Source of the DNA: Octopus vulgaris
Taxonomy: Eukaryota
NCBI GenBank assembly: GCA_951406725.2
Contig: OX597819.1
Coordinates: forward strand, 55,676,001 to 55,740,000
Direction of reading: 5' to 3'
Length of the DNA stretch: 64,000 nt
Below, in pieces: positions 10,366 through 24,960 of this stretch; position 1 is the first letter of the stretch; each line of letters starts with the position of its first letter. The translations under genes and the position numbers were made by a program. The notes under the pieces were generated by a model, which was not told the DNA's origin, did not search any database, and saw nothing but the letters and a program-made list of their open reading frames with translations.

Positions 10366-12831
10366 GGATAAAATCCCTAACTTTTGCTTGAATGCCTTCC
10401 CAGAGAGCCATGAACTGGTAACAGAACTTTACAATGATGTTTTGCAACACCCTAGTAGGATGCTTCCTTGGCTAGTTAATGGGTTAACATTCCTGCTTCC
10501 AAAAAGTGAAGAAACAAATGAACCCAAAAACTATAGACCCATAACCTGCTTAACAACTATGTATAAAACACTAACATCTGTCCTAACGGAATATACCTAT
10601 AGTTTTTTGACAGACAGCAGCATATTCCCTAATGAACAGAAAGGATGTAAACGTGGATCCTACGGTTGTAAAGATCAACTACTCATCAATAAGATGATCT
10701 TAGAAGATTGTCACAAACGACACAAAAACTTATCAATAGCCTGGATAGACTATAAAAAGGCTTTTGATAGCCTACCACATAGCTAGATTAATAAATGCCT
10801 AGAAATGTATAAGATAGCACCTGCTCTGCGAAACTTTTTGTCTGTAAGTATGAGATCATGGAGAACCACACTAACTTTGAACAGTGACAATGAATCTCTA
10901 AATGCTGGTGATGTAAAAATTTCATGTGGCATTTTCCAGGGTGACTCACTATCACCGCTCCTCTTCTGTTTAGCCTTAATACCTCTCTCAAAACTGCTCA
11001 ATGACGCGCAGTACGGATATAAAATGTTTGATAAAAATATAAATCATCTCATTTACATGGATGATTTAAAGCTCTTTGCAAAAAATGACCAACAACTCAA
11101 GGGCTTACTAGCGATTGTCAAACAATTCAGTGATGACATCAGAATGCAATTTGGTCTCGATAAGTGCGCAAAAGCTACCTTTATCAAAAGAAAAATGACA
11201 GAAACATCTAACGTTAACCTTGACCAGCAGAATGTCATAAAAGAATTAGACCCAGCAGAGAACTACAAGTATCTAGGGGTAATTGAAGGAGAAGGAATAA
11301 GGCATTCAGAGATGAAGGAAAGGATCAGGAGAGAATGCTATCGCAGAGTAAGAGCAATACTCAAGACAGAGCTGAATGCGAGAAACAGGATCGAAGCGAT
11401 CAATGCATTAGCCATACCAGTCGTGACTTACAGTTTCAATATCGTTAACTGGTCAATTATCGAAATATGTAATCTTGACAGAAAAATACGAAAACTGTTG
11501 ACAATGCATAGAATGCACCACCCTAAGGCAGATACAGAACGACTTTATCTGCCAAGAAAAGAGGAGGCCGTGAACTTTTACAACTGGCAATAACAATGAA
11601 GATTGCTACAATTGGCCTAGACACCTACCTGAAAAACTCTGAGGACTGGATGTTAAAACTTGTCTCAAAACATGAAAACAAGAAAGCATCATACTCAGTA
11701 ACAAAACAGGCAAAGGAATATCTAAGTGAATTCCGAATACAACAAATTTCGGAATTAGAGATAGACATACAAGAAACAGGCACAGAAAAAGCTAAGCGCA
11801 TGAAAACCCGTGCTAAATCTGCAGCCTTAGATATTCTGAATGATAAATGGCAAGAAAAACCTCTCTATGGCAAATACCCAAAGAGAGCAAATAATGCAGA
11901 TGTTGACAAAGCCCTGACCCATCAATGGCTAATGGCCTCTGGCTTAAAATCTGAAACAGAGGGGTTTATCATAGCAGCTCAAGATCAATGCCTACCAACA
12001 AGAAACTACCAGGCCAACATATTAAAGATCAGAAGCAGTCCAACGTGTCGTGTATGCAAGCAACAAAATGAAACCATTGACCATGTGGTCTCCAAGTGCA
12101 GTCTTCTAGCGCCTACAGAGTATCTCAACAGGCACGATAGAGCTGCACAATATATTCACTGGGTAATCTGTAAAAACCTGGATTTTCCCCATGAAAAAAA
12201 CTGGTGGGAACACAAACCACCCCCAGTGCTTGAAAATGACCACATCTCACTCCTCTGGAACTTCACCATTCAAACTGACAGAAAGATAGATGCAAATAGG
12301 CCAGACATCATATTGAAAGACTTCAAACAAAGAACATGCCTCCTCATTGATATGACTGTCCCAATCGATATAAACGTATCTGTCAAGACCTACCAAAAAC
12401 TGAGCAAATATAAAGATCTTGAAATAGAAATTAGCAAAATGTGGAACCTGAAGACTAAAACAATACCTGTTGTCATAGGTGCCCTGGGAATGATAGCAAA
12501 AGGGGCTGATAGCTACCTAACTCAGATACCAGGAAACCCAAAAATGGCAGAAATTCAAAAGATAGTGCTCATGGGAACTGCTCATATCCTACGCAAAATA
12601 CTTTCTATGTAATCTCAAGGTTTAAAACAAACATAATTTTCGGTTAAAAAAACAAAAAACAAAAAAAACAACTTTTTTTAGACATTCATTAGTACAACAC
12701 CCCCACCCCCCAAATATATGGCACACTAGGCATAACAACAACATGAACTTCCAACCCTGTTGTCTCTTGAGGTCTCTGGGTGAGACTTGGAGCCAACTTG
12801 TACAAATATAAAGCAAAAGTCAAACATAGAA
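10364..12831 (+). mobile_element. 5'-truncated R4/Dong-clade non-LTR retrotransposon (RT + CCHC + restriction-like endonuclease)
   Basis: NYRPITCL, IDYKKAFDS, IFQGDSLSPLLF, YMDD, CRVC..HVVSKC, RHD, RPDI, K..KY motifs; nonsense codon at 10784-10786 and frameshift near 11570; flanked by (TAA)n. Confidence 0.92.
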
Positions 12832-12833
12832 TA

Positions 12834-12879
<46 letters not shown>

Positions 12880-12894
12880 CGATGACGATGACGA

Positions 12895-12939
<45 letters not shown>

Positions 12940-12943
12940 TGAC

Positions 12944-12979
<36 letters not shown>

Positions 12980-12980
12980 A
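12832..12980. repeat. Compound (ATG)n-(ACG)n-(ATG)n microsatellite
   Basis: Direct repetition. Confidence 0.95.
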
Positions 12981-14296
12981 AAAAATTAAAAAAATACTGC
13001 GTGCAGAGAGATATAATCACTTATGGAATGATTTTATATGATTTCTTGATCAGTTGAAACCTGCAGCTATCATTTTTTGACACTGAAACAGGACTTTATA
13101 TGAAACAGTTTCCGTGGCTAATCGTTCAATTAAGGCAAAGGCCATTTATTCAAAGTAACATATGGATAAAAGACGTATATGTTAAATTAACTTAATGCTA
13201 TTGATTACATTTGTAAGAAAATCTCAACTTTTCTCTGTTACAGACAAGAATTACCGTTCCCTACTAAATCCGTGATGTTGAATTCAGATCTGTGAATTAG
13301 ATTTCCTTATCGTGTCCAGATTTTGTGTAACCAAGTATCACGCTGTTTTCTTCGTTTCTCGGATTTATTGCATCAACAGACTAAGTTACTTGCCTGTGCC
13401 ATGCTTTATGTTGGTTTGATTTAAATAATATTAAAAGGGCTGCTCTTCAGACACTCCGTAATATTTCACCAGCGAACTAGCATTCTGGACACATAATCAT
13501 TGAAAGAGCTCTCTTTCTGTTAGAATCAAGCATTATATTTCGATTGAAGTTCCCATTTCTGCTTTCCACAACAGAGATCTGCTAGTGGAAATTTGTACCA
13601 TGCTCTTCAATTATAGCCCCAAGTTTGGTAAGGAAGAAGTGAAGAATATAAAAAATAAAATTTAAGGAACATCCACCATCGTTTTCTTTCATAATATTTT
13701 ATCATATTACCTGTCAGTTCACAATAGGTTTTAGCTCTATGTATCCATGAAAAATGTAAAACCCTAGCATGACCGCTGTCAGAAGATTGAAACAGCTAAA
13801 AGATATCAACGTTCGATGTATTTTTGTTATTTTTAACAACCAAAGGTATCACCCATTTGATTTGTAACCTCACATTAAACACGGCAATTGCGAATGACAT
13901 TATTTCTTTTACTTTTCAGTCAAACTGCTAAGACAGCATTGCACTGTGCACAACAAATATGTGGTGTTCAGTTTATCTTGTTTCTTACTTACAACGAAAA
14001 CTGTACTTCTAGGCAAATTTTATTCCTAATAATTTCGATGTTTCTTTAATTATTCTTGCGTGTATATTGCCTATAGACATTTTTTTGTTGAACGACATCA
14101 AATAGACAAGCAGGTTTAATAAAATTAATTATAACTCTAGATGCAAATTACAATCTCCTCCTCACTACGCCTTTAGATTATTTCTACAAGTGGATCTTAG
14201 GAGATTTAAGCATGCATAGCGATAACGTTTTAGCTATTTCTAGCAAAATAAACGGTCATAAATATAGCGAAAAAACTTATTTAGTATCTTTAAAGA

Positions 14297-15773
14297 AAGA
14301 ACTACAGACCTATCTCTCTGACCTCACACATCAGCAAGGTCATGGAACGAATAGTCAGAAGGAAACTGATCACCTTCCCTGAAGAAAATGACTTGCTGCC
14401 TGACACCCAACATGGTTTCCGACCAGGAAGAAGCTGCTTAACTCAGCTCCTACAACACTATGACTGGGTGCTGAAACGACTGCTCAACCACTCAAATGTG
14501 GAAGTGATATATCTCGACTTTGCAAAGGCCTTTGATAAAGTCGATCATGGAATGATATGTCACAAACTGCGTGATCTTAGCATAGTTGGGAAACTGGGAG
14601 AATGGCTTCATGACTTTCTGAAAGATAGAAGTCAGGTGGTAGTAGCCAATGGGGCCACTTCCATTAACACGCAAATAGTGAGCGGTGTTCCGCAGGGCAC
14701 TGTTTTGGGACCACTACTGTTCATAATGGCCCTCTCAGACATGCCCTCAGCCACGCAGAGAGCCACGATCACAAGTTATGCAGATGATACAAAAGGTTCA
14801 CAGGCAATACAGAACCCTGAGGACAATAAACGCCTGCAATGTGAGCTGGACAAAATATACAAGTGGGCTGAAAAGAATAGCATGCAGTTCAATGCTGAAA
14901 AGGTTCAAGCTTTATGCTATCAGCATGCAAAACTAAATGCAATACCCAATGAATACACTGGACACGGAGGGATTGCAATCCCAGAGGCACAATCAGTGCG
15001 TGACCTGGGTATTTACATGACTGATGACGCAACCTTTCGTGTACATGTTGCTAAATTGGCAATGAAATGTAGACGACTGGCCGGATGGATTCTTAGAACC
15101 TTTAGAACAAGAGAACAAGAAACCATGATGGTCCTCTGGAGGACAATTGTCCTAAGCCACTTTGACTATTGCTCTCAGCTATGGTCACCATCCAGTGTCA
15201 AGTTGATCACAGAACTTGAGGCGATCCAACGTAGCTACACGAAGAAGATAGCCTCTGTGCAGAATATAAGCTACTGGGAAAGACTCAAGAGATTAAAACT
15301 CTATTCCTTGGAGCGTAGGCGAGAAAGATGTGCATAATATACATCTGGAAGATCCTGGAAGGACTTGTCCCAAACTTTGGCATCGAGAGTCACACAAATG
15401 CCAGAACCGGGCGCCACTGCGTGGTACCAAGGACTCCAAATTTGCCATCAAGATGTAGGACAAGATACTGTGATAGCCTGGGCTTCAGAGGCCCACAACC
15501 CTTCAATATCCTCCCGAAGAACCTGAGGGACCTGCATGGTGTAGATGCGGATGTCTTTAAAGTAGGACTGGATCTCTTCCTGTCAGGTATCCCGGATGAA
15601 CAAACTTCACGACAGGAGGTGCAGATGAGGGCAGCTGCATCGAACTCTCTCATGCACCAAATGGCAGTTGCTAAAAAGCATTTGTGAGGTGAAATTATGT
15701 AGCAAACCAAATGGCGGTGCCCCAGCATGGCCACAGCTCATGAGCTGAAACTGGAAAAATCAAAATCAAAATC
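14297..15773 (+). mobile_element. 5'-truncated CR1-group LINE (RT)
   Basis: NYRPISLTS, YLDFAKAFDKVDH, SGVPQGTVLGPLLF, YADD, LYSLERRRER; frameshift near 15330; tail (AAAATC)n. Confidence 0.9.
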
Positions 15774-16777
<1,004 letters not shown>

Positions 16778-17811
16778 ATCATCTACATTAATGACATTAA
16801 TGACATCATCAAGCACAGCAACATAAAAATCTTTGCAGATGACTCCAAGCTACAGAAGGTCATAAATGAGGCGAGTGACCGGACATGCCTTCAGTCAGAT
16901 CTACTGGCTGTTATCCAATGGGCAGAAAAAAACAATATGCTGCTGAACGAGGATAAATTTGAGCTAATCCACTTTGGAAAAGAGGATGCCCTGAAACTCC
17001 CATACTCCCTTCCTTCAGGTGAAACTCTCGCGGCGTCCAACAACATCAGAGACTTGGGAGTAATTGTGGACAACAACGTAAGCTGGGCCACTCATATAAA
17101 CACCAAAGTTGACATGGCCCGCAGAATGTGTTCCTGGATTCTCAGAACTTTCCAGTCGAGAGATATCCACACCATTATCCTTCTCTTCTCCACTTTTGCC
17201 CGACCCCACCTTGAATACTGTTGTCCACTGTGGTCTCCCCACACAATACAAGGTATCATAAAAGTTGAAGCACCTCAAAGGGCAATCACAAAAAAGATAG
17301 ATGGCATGACAGGCCTCGACTATTGGGGTCGGCTAGAAAAGCTAAAACTCTATTCTCTCCAACGTCGTCGTGAGCGCTACATCATCTGCATGATGTGGAA
17401 AATATTCCATCAGCATTGCCCAAATGATGTTGGCATCACCTTTAAGGTACATCCAAGGCTTGGGCCCCGTGCCATCCGCCCAAAACAAAAATCGCACTCT
17501 CATCTCATAAGAACAATACGGCACAATTATTTCACCTCAATTGGCCCCGCTCTCTTTAACATTACACCAAAACACATTAAAACAGAAACTGACCCTATAG
17601 GGTTCAAGAAGTCTTTGGACAGATTCCTTCAAGAAATCCCGGATAAACCCCCTACACCTGGATATGTCTCTGTAAACAATAACTCTCTACTTGAGTGGGC
17701 CATAGTGCCCAAATTCTGACTTGAAAGACTTCACCAGGTGGTGCTATTAAGTTAGACATGGCCTGGGCCAATAATGGCCGAAACCTATCAAAGTATCAAA
17801 GTATCAAAGTA
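16778..17811 (+). mobile_element. Second CR1-group LINE 3' fragment (different family)
   Basis: [34 protein letters not shown]; open to stop at 17719; tail (GTATCAAA)n. Confidence 0.9.
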
Positions 17812-17866
17812 TATATATATATATATATATACATACATACATAGATATATATATATATATACATAC

Positions 17867-17915
<49 letters not shown>

Positions 17916-17969
17916 CATACATACATATATATATATATACATACATACATATATATATACATACATACA

Positions 17970-18031
<62 letters not shown>

Positions 18032-18034
18032 CAT

Positions 18035-18697
18035 ATGTTAAATAATTGTAAACTGTAACCTTCACCCTTTGGGAGAAGGAGCTTTGGTTATTGTTTAAAA
18101 ATAGAATTGTGTCCCTGTTTGGGGAAATTGACAATATTTTCACCGTTTATACGGAAGCATTTTTGTTAGAAGGCCTTCGAGAGAAGAAAGTCCAAAAATG
18201 AATTCCGCTGCAGCTGTCGGCGGGCGCGAACTCATTAAAATTAAAATGGAAGAAATACAAACCTATTTCGGATTGATCAACGACAAAGACAGTAAATCTA
18301 GGATAACACCACCAAACGAAATAAAAAATTAAATTAAAGAAAAGACTATTGTCTATAAAGCATACAATGTAGAGAAAAAAAAAAGATTTGAACACCTGGA
18401 GGAAAGCACCATCGAAAAGTGTCTTGGTGTGACTATGAAAGATATCTAACCAGGGGCGGTAAATTCGCCACAATAGAAGCAAGTTTCGAGTCAACGGAGC
18501 GTGCAAAGGAGTACTCGACTAGAACCTTGCAAAGTGGAAATATTTTATTTTTACCTTTATATCTAGGACGAAGGACGTCCCGGATAAAAATCTAAAATAT
18601 CCCCGCAGAAGTAGAGGTAGGTTGGATTGTAGCAACACTTCTATACAAGAGGGAGGACAAGATACAATTGGTCGAAATTGCAAGAGACGGGCCTACA
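18035..18697 (+). mobile_element. gag-like ORF1 fragment (Tx1-type), copy A
   Basis: Close paralog of 26660-27336; AAAVGGRELIKLKMEEIQ..KFATIE..FLPLYLGRR..NIP. Confidence 0.7.
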
Positions 18698-18780
18698 ATT
18701 CCAGTCTGTTATATATTTTGAGTATTGTTATCACTAGCGATATCAAGATATAACATTGTATTTTGTATTTTATGTGTAAA

Positions 18781-18818
<38 letters not shown>

Positions 18819-18864
18819 TGTATATATATAGATGTACATGTAATATGTACACATATATACATGC

Positions 18865-19513
18865 ACTAGCACTATGACCCGGCAACGACATGGTCATAAT
18901 GCTAGTATATCGATATATATGAAACTAAGAATGTGTATCTGTCTGTCTGTCTGAATCCCTAAAACTTGAGAACTACACAACCAATTTCATTCAAATTTTA
19001 CACATGCCTTACTTAGGGTCCATGGAGTGTCAGGGGCAAGGCTCTGGGCGCCATTGGGCTCACTGTCTATTCTATTCAAGAAACTGGTTTGGCTTGGCTT
19101 GGCTTGGCTTGGCTTGGCTTGGCTTGGCTTGGCTTGGCTTGGCTTGGCTTGGCTTGGCTTGGCTTGGCTTGGCTTGGCTTGGCTTGGCTTGTTAAATATT
19201 AAGTTGCTAAATATTTATGCTTACAACATACTAATTTGTCTGTGATTTTATCTAATAATTTCTCTCTATATATAAAGATGAGAATGTGTGTGTGTGCTTG
19301 TCTGTCTGTTTGTGTGTGTCAGTCTGTGTGTGAATCCCTAAAACTCGAGAACTACTCAACCTATTTCATTCAAATTTTATACATGCCTTACTTAGTGTCC
19401 ATGTATTGTCATAAGCTAATAAGAGCAATCTCTTATCTCCTACACTATATCAGTATTACGTGTCAAAGTGAAACAATAACATCTCTATTGCAATGTGAGA
19501 TACTTACCCTTTA

Positions 19514-19608
<95 letters not shown>

Positions 19609-20780
19609 GCATACATACATATTCCTCATAAACACTCTACCACTGCTACTAATAACTGTTTGTAACCCTTTCAGACCTGCCTTACATTCCAACCGGATTC
19701 TCGAAAACATTGTCCCCTTACATCGCATTCTCATTTCATTACCACGGCAGAACTTACTTCTAGCGACGGGACAAGGGAAGATGGTAACATGCTACCTTGT
19801 CAAGTAAAATATATTGTCATCCACTTCACCTCTAACCAAGCGAACGGAGAGTTCAAACGACCCCACACGACTGATATCTTTCTTCATCCTTCTAGCTGTC
19901 TGCTTTTTTTATTAATACGACAAAATTCATGTCCTGGCAAACAGCATTCAGAACGCAATTCATAATCCCTGTCTCCTTTCCTTGTTACCATTTCTCTCGT
20001 CTTCTCTTTCACAATATTGTTCTATCAAAGCAATACTGATCAACTAAAGCACATTTATTCATTTTGTTGAATTCCGTGCGTAACCTTTTTCATTTGTAAA
20101 TTGCATCAATTTCCCTAAATGCAACCGCACGCGTTTCACTAAGGTAATATGAAACATTTCACTGCTATTTCTACCACGCGCTGCTGCCACGCATTAAAAT
20201 TTACCAATGTTTTTTTTTGCTTCTTCCTTAATGCGGGCCTGCAGCCCTACCAACTTACCTATAACTATCCCTACACTCACATGCAGCATCAACGGCAGTT
20301 TCTGCCCCACGAGCACCACTAAACAAAGTTAAGTAATTCATCCAATTGCCCTTTCATTAACTCTTTTCCCATCCAATCTATACGGCAGAGCAGCCATGCA
20401 TTGACAAACAACACCCCCAAAAATTCATGTCCACACAAACCACAACATTCTCAACGCAATTCATAACCCCTTTCTCCATTGCTCTTACCATTTCCCTCGC
20501 CTTGCCTTTCACAACTGCTTCCATTTTCATTTTGATGGCATCATTTTATTTTACACATTTACTTTTCTACTACCAGTTCTTTATTACCGCAGCAGCTGCA
20601 AGTTTGCAACTTATCTACACTTACATACTAACCCTTCAATTAATATTTAATACTTAACAGTGTATCTCACTGCATTTCATCATGCTTATTTTAGATCATG
20701 CCCCGAAGGAAGAGTTCAATTGGACAAAAACTGCGAAAGCTGCAAGATCATCAGCAAGAAGGGCAAATTCCTAAAATTCA
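18865..20780 (+). mobile_element. Helitron-like non-autonomous fragments
   Basis: Hairpin + CTAGT at 18865-18906; TC(T/G)ATATATA(A/T)..(GTCT)n heads at ~18911 and ~19266; possible RepHel-like start MPRRKSSIG at ~20698. Confidence 0.55.
19088..19190. repeat. (GGCTT)n pentanucleotide microsatellite, ~20 copies
   Basis: Direct repetition. Confidence 0.97.
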
Positions 20781-20889
20781 CTGGTTTGTATTTGGAGGGG
20801 GGAGTAGAAGACACAGTTGGAATGTGTTGAAACAGATATTTTAAAACTTTGGGATGATCCCCAGCTTTTTTCTGCTAAATAATCAGCGG

Positions 20890-21105
20890 CCTAGTAGTCA
20901 ATCATCGATCTCGACTTATGACTATAAAGATGGCTCATGAGCGCAGCTTTACTGAGGCAGGGTCTTGCACAGACATTGTATGTCAGCGTCATAGAAAGAC
21001 CCTTACCGTCAGGAAGTGCAACAGGGATGCCCTTCCTGACATCGCTCCTTACTTTCTCATGCGCAAATCGAGATTTTTCAAAATTAGCTGTCACCTCATG
21101 CACAA
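20890..21105 (-). mobile_element. RTE-like 3' fragment
   Basis: FEKSRFAHEK..YNVCARPCLSKAALMSHLYSH resembles the RTE C-terminal C2H2-like end. Confidence 0.55.
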
Positions 21106-21109
21106 TTCT

Positions 21110-22140
21110 TAACCAAGGCATCCCAAAACCTCCCTTTAAAGTATTTTGACAGCAGGCAGAGCGTTTCACAGGTGGCGACCTGCCCTTCCACAAAAACTAA
21201 AGAACTGTCTCTTTAACCTGATCAACCACGAATCTAATACAGCCTGTTCTGTTTGAATTAACAGGTGTACCGTGTGGCCGGTCCAGTTTGCCTTTTTGTG
21301 AAACGTTAGCATGAAGTATTGTTATCTCATCTACCCTTTCTGCCATCAAACACATAGGGTCGACTTGAGGTGGGACCTTTGGTATTCGTATTTTGGATGT
21401 CCTCATACCCATGTATATTTGTATTAAAATCACATCCTCTGTTTCCAAAGATTTTACCGAGTGCAATTGTGCAGTTTCAATGTTTTTAGGTGTACCTCGA
21501 TGGTACCGAATTTTTTCCCTCTGGGCTTTAGTTGGGCTTTAGACATTTTTCTACCTTCTCCTCGCTTACTCGCTTGATTTTTCTTTCTTTTCGGCAGTAT
21601 GTTTTAAACATAATTGTTTTTTTCTTCTTTGTCAATAAAAGCTCTTCTGGGAGTTGAACCTTGACAACGCCGTCTTGAATTTTTATCATGTCCTTGTACA
21701 TTAAAACGTCACTTTTCTTCGTCGACAGTTGGCGAGTTCTGTCTCCAGCTGCAGACGCAAAACTTCTTTTCTGTTTATCTTCCTCAGTTTGAAGTCCTTT
21801 CACTTCGACGCTCTTCCCTGCAACGTCAGTCCTCGACAGTGGTGGGAATTCGCTCTCAGACGAATCCGTAACATCTTCCAACAATGCTCTTTTCACTTTT
21901 CTGGCCTCCAAAATGTCGAATCCTCGTCATATAAATACACACTTTTTAACATCCTGCCAGTAATTAGTGTTTCCCCTACAGAGGAAAACACAATAGATTG
22001 CAAGCAAAAACTATTATACAAATTTTAACAGCAATTAAAACAGGCAACAACACGGAAACAATCAACAGAAACTACACTTACTATACAGACGCACTTCGGC
22101 AACAATACCAACACTTCCAACTCACACAGACGCAATACCA
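21110..22140 (-). mobile_element. Tx1-type 5'UTR + ORF1 joined to an internal ORF2 fragment
   Basis: ORF1 frames 21528-21911 and 21197-21466; 21110-21230 is a diverged copy of Tx1 ORF2 at 23205-23330 (WKGRSP.VKR..CCQ). Confidence 0.7.
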
Positions 22141-22141
22141 A

Positions 22142-24960
22142 TTTGTTTATTGCCCACCGGGGGCCAAACATAGAAATGGACAGAACAACTGATGGGATCA
22201 GTGAAGTGGTATGATTTTACATATAATATGACTTTAAAAATTTTAATACAATAGAAAAAAATGGAATGGAACTAACAATACAAAAACAATACAAATGAAG
22301 CGATGATAAGGCCACGCTCTACCACACAAGCCCCGATCTACCGCTGGTACCTTTATTTTCTTCTTTTTTTCCCGTCTATTCACACGGTTCTTTGCACGCA
22401 CACAACTCGTGCTACATGCTTCCATCTCTTTTGGAACGTACACTCTGACAGACATCTCTTCTCCAACCACAGCTTCCTTTTCAAATGTAAAGAAAAAAAT
22501 GATCGTAAATTGTGGCCAGAGATAAAGTTGCCTGTCTTAATTCCTTTTATCCTAGTCTTCCATACTGCATCTTTCGCTATTGCTACAACCGTGAGAAAAC
22601 AATTCTTACGATCGTTTGTTAAAACTCCCGGTGGGTCAATTTTTATAATTGATTCAGTCGACAGCTGTACTCTTCCTTCGCCGGACAACAGGTATTCAGC
22701 ATAAGCCCACATTTCAGTTATCTCCAGACACTGAACAATAGCGTGAGGGGCGGTTTCCCTGCGCCCCTCCCCGGCATCTTGGATAGGTCGGCGACTGACG
22801 CTTACCATGTCTTGTGAGCTTATCCCAAACGGGCAAGGCACCTCCGTAGCAATGCCAGGTTAAGGACCTTTGGAAGTTGTCCAACGTTCTCAACCCGAAT
22901 GTACGGTGAAACAGGCTGTCCAGTTGAATAAACCCGAGACCTAGAGTCACACCTAGACCATCGTCGCATTCAGACTCTACCAACCCACTATATAAAATCC
23001 GTGTGGAACCCCCACCTCTGGCGTTGCCCGAGCGCCGGAATAGCAAGAGGGCCTTACGGCACTCTTTATGCCACTCACTCGACCTCGGTCTACGAGAACA
23101 CCAGGCTTCCTGATCGCAAAAGTTTTGAACTCGGGGAAGACCACACTCGTCCACTATCCAGGAGAATCCGGAAGTGCCTCAACCTCAACGCATGTCTGAG
23201 CATCATTAACCAAGGCATCTCTAAACCTTCCTTTAAAGGCTTTTGACAGCAGACACAGCGTTTCACAAGTGGCGACCTGCCCTTCCACAAAAAGCGAAAG
23301 AGCTGTCCCTCATACCTGATCAACCACGAATCCGGACAGGGTACGACGGTCAGGCAGTAGGTAATGACCGATGCGATAAACACATTGACCACCTCCGCCC
23401 TCCCTTTCAAGGATAGACACCGCCAAGACCAGGTCTTGACTACTGTAGCCACCCTGCTCAATATCTCCGTCCAGTTCATCTCTATCTGGAGGCCTGGTCC
23501 AAACCAAACTCCCAGCAACTTAACCGGTCCCTCCACCCAGCACCCAACAACGCTGTCTGAAGGCATCGACTTGCCAACCTAGGTGCCGAGCTGCAAGTCG
23601 ACCGACTTTTCCCGGTTAATCTTTGCTCCTGCCACCTCCTCGTAAGCCTCAATAGTTTTACCCACTTCACGCAGGCTTGCTACCGAGGTTACGCTGATAG
23701 TGATATCATCCACGTAAGCCGTAACAAACTCCTTTAGACCTGATTCTCTCGGGATGTCACTCAAACTTCGCAGTAGGGGCTCGAGAGCCATTATATACAA
23801 AAGTGGTGAGAGCGGACATCCTTGACGAACCGAGCGTCTGATGCAGAGCGGCCTCGAAACGAAACCGTTCACCGGAACTATCGAGTCAATGTTGTGGTAC
23901 AAAGCGATAAACCACCTGAGGAAGCTAAGGCCCAGGCCGAACCGCGCAAGCACGCTCGCCAGGTATAGATGGTCAACCCAATCAAAAGCTTTAGACTGGT
24001 CTAAAATGTACCAATGCCCCACCTTTGCCAGATTTATTACCAACCCTCTCTATGGTATAGCGAATAAGATGGAGGGTATCCTGAATGGTTCTGCCTGGGA
24101 TGGCACATGTTTGTGCCTTCCCGACTATACCATTCGGGACGCGTGCCAACCTTTTTGCTAAGACCTTGGCTAAAATCTTCCCTTCTGTGTTTAACAGAGT
24201 GATGGGCATGAAATTCTCTATAACAACGTCACTACTCCCCGGCACACAGATCAGGGGATAAACCCATTCTGTTGCCAGTTCGCGTACACGTCAGCCAGTA
24301 GTTGCCCGAACAAGTCTGGCATACATTTATACAGTTCGTACGGAAGACCATCATGTCCCGGCGACTTACCCGCTTTACAGTCGGCCAAAGCCTCCATCAC
24401 CTCCACAGGCGTGATTGGCCCTTCGCAAGACTCCGCATCCAACCCCCGAGAGGCACGGCAGCCCGGGCCACACTGGAAACATCGTGGCTTACGCCCCTCA
24501 ACAAAAATATTTAGAACTTCTTCCCCTACTTCCCCGATTTCTGGGAGCTGCTCTAAAATTTTTTGGTCACCCTGCAGTATGAGGTTAAGCGTTTGACCAG
24601 TCCAATAGGTATTTTCTTAGTAAAAGACAGTCTAAAAACTTGAAAAAAGTATTAAAAGGCTAAGTTTGACCTTAGCAAAAGAAGACCAATCATTCACTGT
24701 TTCTAAATGCAGTGATAGCCGGTGTGGCACACGTGCCAATTCATTCATACCGGCCAATATAGGAACACAAAAGCAGGGAAAATATTCAAAAGCAAATATT
24801 TAATTTACTGCATCAAATATTCACAAAAGTAAAAAATTTACTTACTGCACCAAATGCCCAAATTGTGAAGAACTCTATATGGACAGACTGAAAATGCACT
24901 ATCAGAACGTTCACGTGTGCTCCGACACAAATTAAAGACCCAGATGTCCGTCAGATACCT
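22142..24960 (-). mobile_element. Decayed Tx1/L1-clade LINE (RT, C-terminal domain, 3'UTR, possible 5'UTR)
   Basis: GKSPGHDGLPYELY, PITLLNT, DQSKAFD, VRQGCPLSPLLY, YVDD, LLGVWFGP, LSLKGR; several frameshifts; 24600-24960 is tentative. Confidence 0.88.

Noticed and set aside
12780-13020. Poly-Met/Thr and poly-Ser ORFs (also poly-Ile/Asn/Tyr at 61192-62420)
   Set aside because: Trinucleotide microsatellites.
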